Shown piece after piece: positions 61,947 through 64,000 of a DNA stretch of 64,000 nucleotides; the stretch's first letter is position 1, and each line of letters opens with the position of its first letter. The notes beneath the pieces were generated by a model. The model was not told where the DNA came from, ran no database searches, and saw only the letters and a list, made by a program, of their open reading frames with translations. A program made the position numbers and the translations under genes. The DNA comes from Candidatus Omnitrophota bacterium. Lineage in GTDB: Bacteria; Omnitrophota; Gorgyraeia; Gygaellales; Profunditerraquicolaceae. The stretch spans positions 145,925-209,924 of the forward strand of contig JAKPTF010000035.1 in NCBI GenBank assembly GCA_029571225.1, given 5' to 3'.

Positions 61947-63629
61947 ATGGAAACGCCCTCTGCGAATACCAACTTCATCAGGGAGATAATCGACGCCGAC
62001 CTGACCGGCGGCAAGAACGACGGCCGCGTCCATACGCGCTTCCCTCCCGAGCCCAACGGATACCTGCATATCGGCCACGCCAAAAGCATTTGCCTGAACT
62101 TCGGCATCGCGCGGGACTATAACGGGCTGTGCAATCTCCGGTTCGACGACACCAATCCGGAAACCGAAGACGTCGAGTACGTCAATTCGATCAAAGAGAA
62201 TGTCCGCTGGCTCGGGTTTGACTGGCAGGACCGCCTCTTTTACGCCTCGGACTATTTCCCAAGGCTTTATGACTACGCGGTCCAGCTCATCAGGAAAGGC
62301 AAGGCCTATGTCTGCGACCAATCCCTGGAGGAAATGCGCAGATGCCGCGGCACCATCACCGAACCGGGCAGAGACAGCCCGTTCCGCAACCGCAGCGTCG
62401 AGGAAAATCTTGACTTGTTCCGTCGCATGAAAGCGGGAGAGTTTGAGGAAGGATCCAGGGTCCTTCGCGCCAGAATCGACATGTCACACCCGAACCTGCT
62501 GATGCGGGATCCGGTGTTCTACCGCATCCGCAAACAAGCGCACCATCGCACGGGCAACGCCTGGTGCATCTATCCGACATACGATTTCACCCATTGCATC
62601 TGCGATTCCATCGAGGGAATCACCCATTCCCTCTGCACGCTCGAGTTCGAGGTGCACCGCCCGCTCTATGATTGGATCCTTAACGAGCTTGGCATCCATC
62701 ATCCTCAGCAGATTGAGTTCGCGCGGCTTAACTTGAGCCACACGGTTTTGAGCAAGCGCAAGCTCCTGGAACTTGTTGAAAAGAAGCTCGTAAGCGGATG
62801 GGACGATCCTCGCATGCCGACGCTGGCCGGCTTCAGGCGCCGCGGATACACCCCTTCCTCTATCAGGAAGTTCTGCGACCAGATCGGCGTGTCAAAAGCA
62901 GACAGCATTGTGGACCTGGTGATGCTGGAGAACTGCATCCGCGAGGAATTAAACAGGACTGCCCGTCGTGTCATGGTAGTATTGAGGCCTCTCAAAGTGG
63001 TCATTGATAATTATCCCCCGGACCGGACCGAAGAGGTCGATGCAGTCAACAACCCGGAGGATCCGGCCATGGGAACCCGCAAGCTCCCCTTCTGCCGTGA
63101 ATTGTATATCGAGCAGGAGGATTTCCGCCAGATCCCGCCGAAACAGTTCTACCGGCTCTCTCCGGGCAAAGAAGTACGGCTACGCTACGCCTATTTTATC
63201 AAGTGCGTCGGTTTTTCCAAAGACGCCGCGGGAAACGTCACCGAGGTCCATTGTACCTATGACCCTGCCACTGCCGGCGGTAACGCGCCTGACGGCCGCA
63301 AGGTCAAGGCAACGCTTCACTGGGTATCAGGCCGCCATGCGGTCGACGCGCGCGTACGGCTCTATGACAACCTTTTTACCAAACGAGACCCGAATGACGT
63401 TGCCGAAGGCTCTGATTTCACTTCCAATCTGAACCCTGCATCGCTTGAGACCCTGGACGCATGCAAGGCAGAACCCGGCGTGGCAAATGCCCGGCCGGGC
63501 GACTGTTTCCAGTTCGAAAGGCTGGGTTATTTTTTCGCAGATCCCCTTGATTCCCTGCCGGGCAAGCCCGTGTTCAACCGCACCGTAACGCTTCGCGACA
63601 CATGGGCAAAGATCGAGAAAAAACTGTAG
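61947..63629 (+). CDS. glnS: Glutaminyl-tRNA synthetase
   Basis: [19 protein letters not shown]...[16 protein letters not shown] (HIGH motif) ...VLSKRKL (KMSKS-like motif). The track start at 61905 overlaps the tRNA-Gln 3' end, so the internal ATG at 61947 is preferred. Confidence 0.9.
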   Translation: METPSANTNFIREIIDADLTGGKNDGRVHTRFPPEPNGYLHIGHAKSICLNFGIARDYNGLCNLRFDDTNPETEDVEYVNSIKENVRWLGFDWQDRLFYASDYFPRLYDYAVQLIRKGKAYVCDQSLEEMRRCRGTITEPGRDSPFRNRSVEENLDLFRRMKAGEFEEGSRVLRARIDMSHPNLLMRDPVFYRIRKQAHHRTGNAWCIYPTYDFTHCICDSIEGITHSLCTLEFEVHRPLYDWILNELGIHHPQQIEFARLNLSHTVLSKRKLLELVEKKLVSGWDDPRMPTLAGFRRRGYTPSSIRKFCDQIGVSKADSIVDLVMLENCIREELNRTARRVMVVLRPLKVVIDNYPPDRTEEVDAVNNPEDPAMGTRKLPFCRELYIEQEDFRQIPPKQFYRLSPGKEVRLRYAYFIKCVGFSKDAAGNVTEVHCTYDPATAGGNAPDGRKVKATLHWVSGRHAVDARVRLYDNLFTKRDPNDVAEGSDFTSNLNPASLETLDACKAEPGVANARPGDCFQFERLGYFFADPLDSLPGKPVFNRTVTLRDTWAKIEKKL

Positions 63630-63706
63630 ATAACCGCCTCCCTGCTTGAAAACCCCTGCGACGCATCGTATACTTAATATAGAAGGAGACTGCGCGGAGG
63701 GGCTCG

Positions 63707-64000
63707 ATGAAAATCCTGATAATAGAGGACAACCGGCAACAGGTCCTCATGCTCCGGTCTATTCTTGAGCACGAGGGGTATGAAACCGCCAGCGCCTGCA
63801 ACGGGGAAGAAGGCCTGAACAAGGCCAAAGAGGAAATCCCTGACATGGTGATCCTTGACCTGGGGCTCCCGAAACTGTCCGGGGAACAGGTATGCAAGGA
63901 GATCCGGAAAGACGAAAAAACCAAAAGCGTTGCGGTAGTGATGCTTTCGGGAAAGACGTCCGACGCAGACAGGATCATCGGCAGGGTCATCGGCGCCGAT
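63707..64000 (+). CDS. Response regulator receiver domain protein (5' partial, runs off the window)
   Basis: GGAGGGG SD before ATG 63707. Translation MKILIIEDNRQQVLMLRSILEHEGYETASACNGEEGLNKAKEEIPDMVILDLGLPKLSGEQVCKEIRKD... It is absent from the track because it has no in-window stop. A TTGAAA-N17-TATACT promoter lies at 63649-63677. Confidence 0.85.
   Translation, partial: MKILIIEDNRQQVLMLRSILEHEGYETASACNGEEGLNKAKEEIPDMVILDLGLPKLSGEQVCKEIRKDEKTKSVAVVMLSGKTSDADRIIGRVIGAD

Overview
Bacterial window in the standard genetic code: local genes end in TAA, TAG and TGA, promoters look like TTGAAA-N17-TATACT, and AGGAGG-type SDs are common. Positions 1-28575 are the 5' part of one giant minus-strand ORF. 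Its ATG is at 28575 and the frame stays open to position 1 (>=9,525 codons). It has no in-window stop, so the ORF track omits it, as it omits the edge-truncated receiver ORF at 63707. Hand translation of the giant ORF shows these elements:
- an N-terminal signal anchor
- a C39-like Cys peptidase
- four EF-hand/dockerin-like ~98-aa repeats
- hydrophobic TM stretches
- a SecA-like DEAD ATPase (GTGEGKT)
- a transglutaminase-like C/H/D core
- a clan GH-A glycosidase TIM barrel

This resembles giant genes reported from Candidatus Omnitrophota, so the taxon call is tentative.

Two further oddities sit inside the giant ORF. Two paralogous SD-preceded small ORFs lie in the +1 frame. Between them is a tandem array of four hairpins with a conserved apex and covarying stems.

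The giant gene and four plus-strand genes for signal-peptide repeat proteins (starts 31391, 33052, 38786, 43799) each carry the same ~300-bp module. It consists of an upstream box GTTAACAGAAGCAAAAGTT, a sigma70-type promoter, a c-di-GMP-I (GEMM-I)-like riboswitch, and an intrinsic terminator whose left arm is the aptamer 3' core.

Downstream features:
- a TonB_C-TolC fusion outer-membrane factor
- two RND pumps, one with a coiled-coil + wHTH tail, plus a periplasmic adaptor
- a RAYT/IS200-like Y1 transposase flanked by inverted REP-like repeats; a second inverted pair brackets the 1,545-aa gene
- tRNA-Glu
- a FIST / histidine kinase / REC-GGDEF module
- tRNA-Gln, glnS and a partial response regulator
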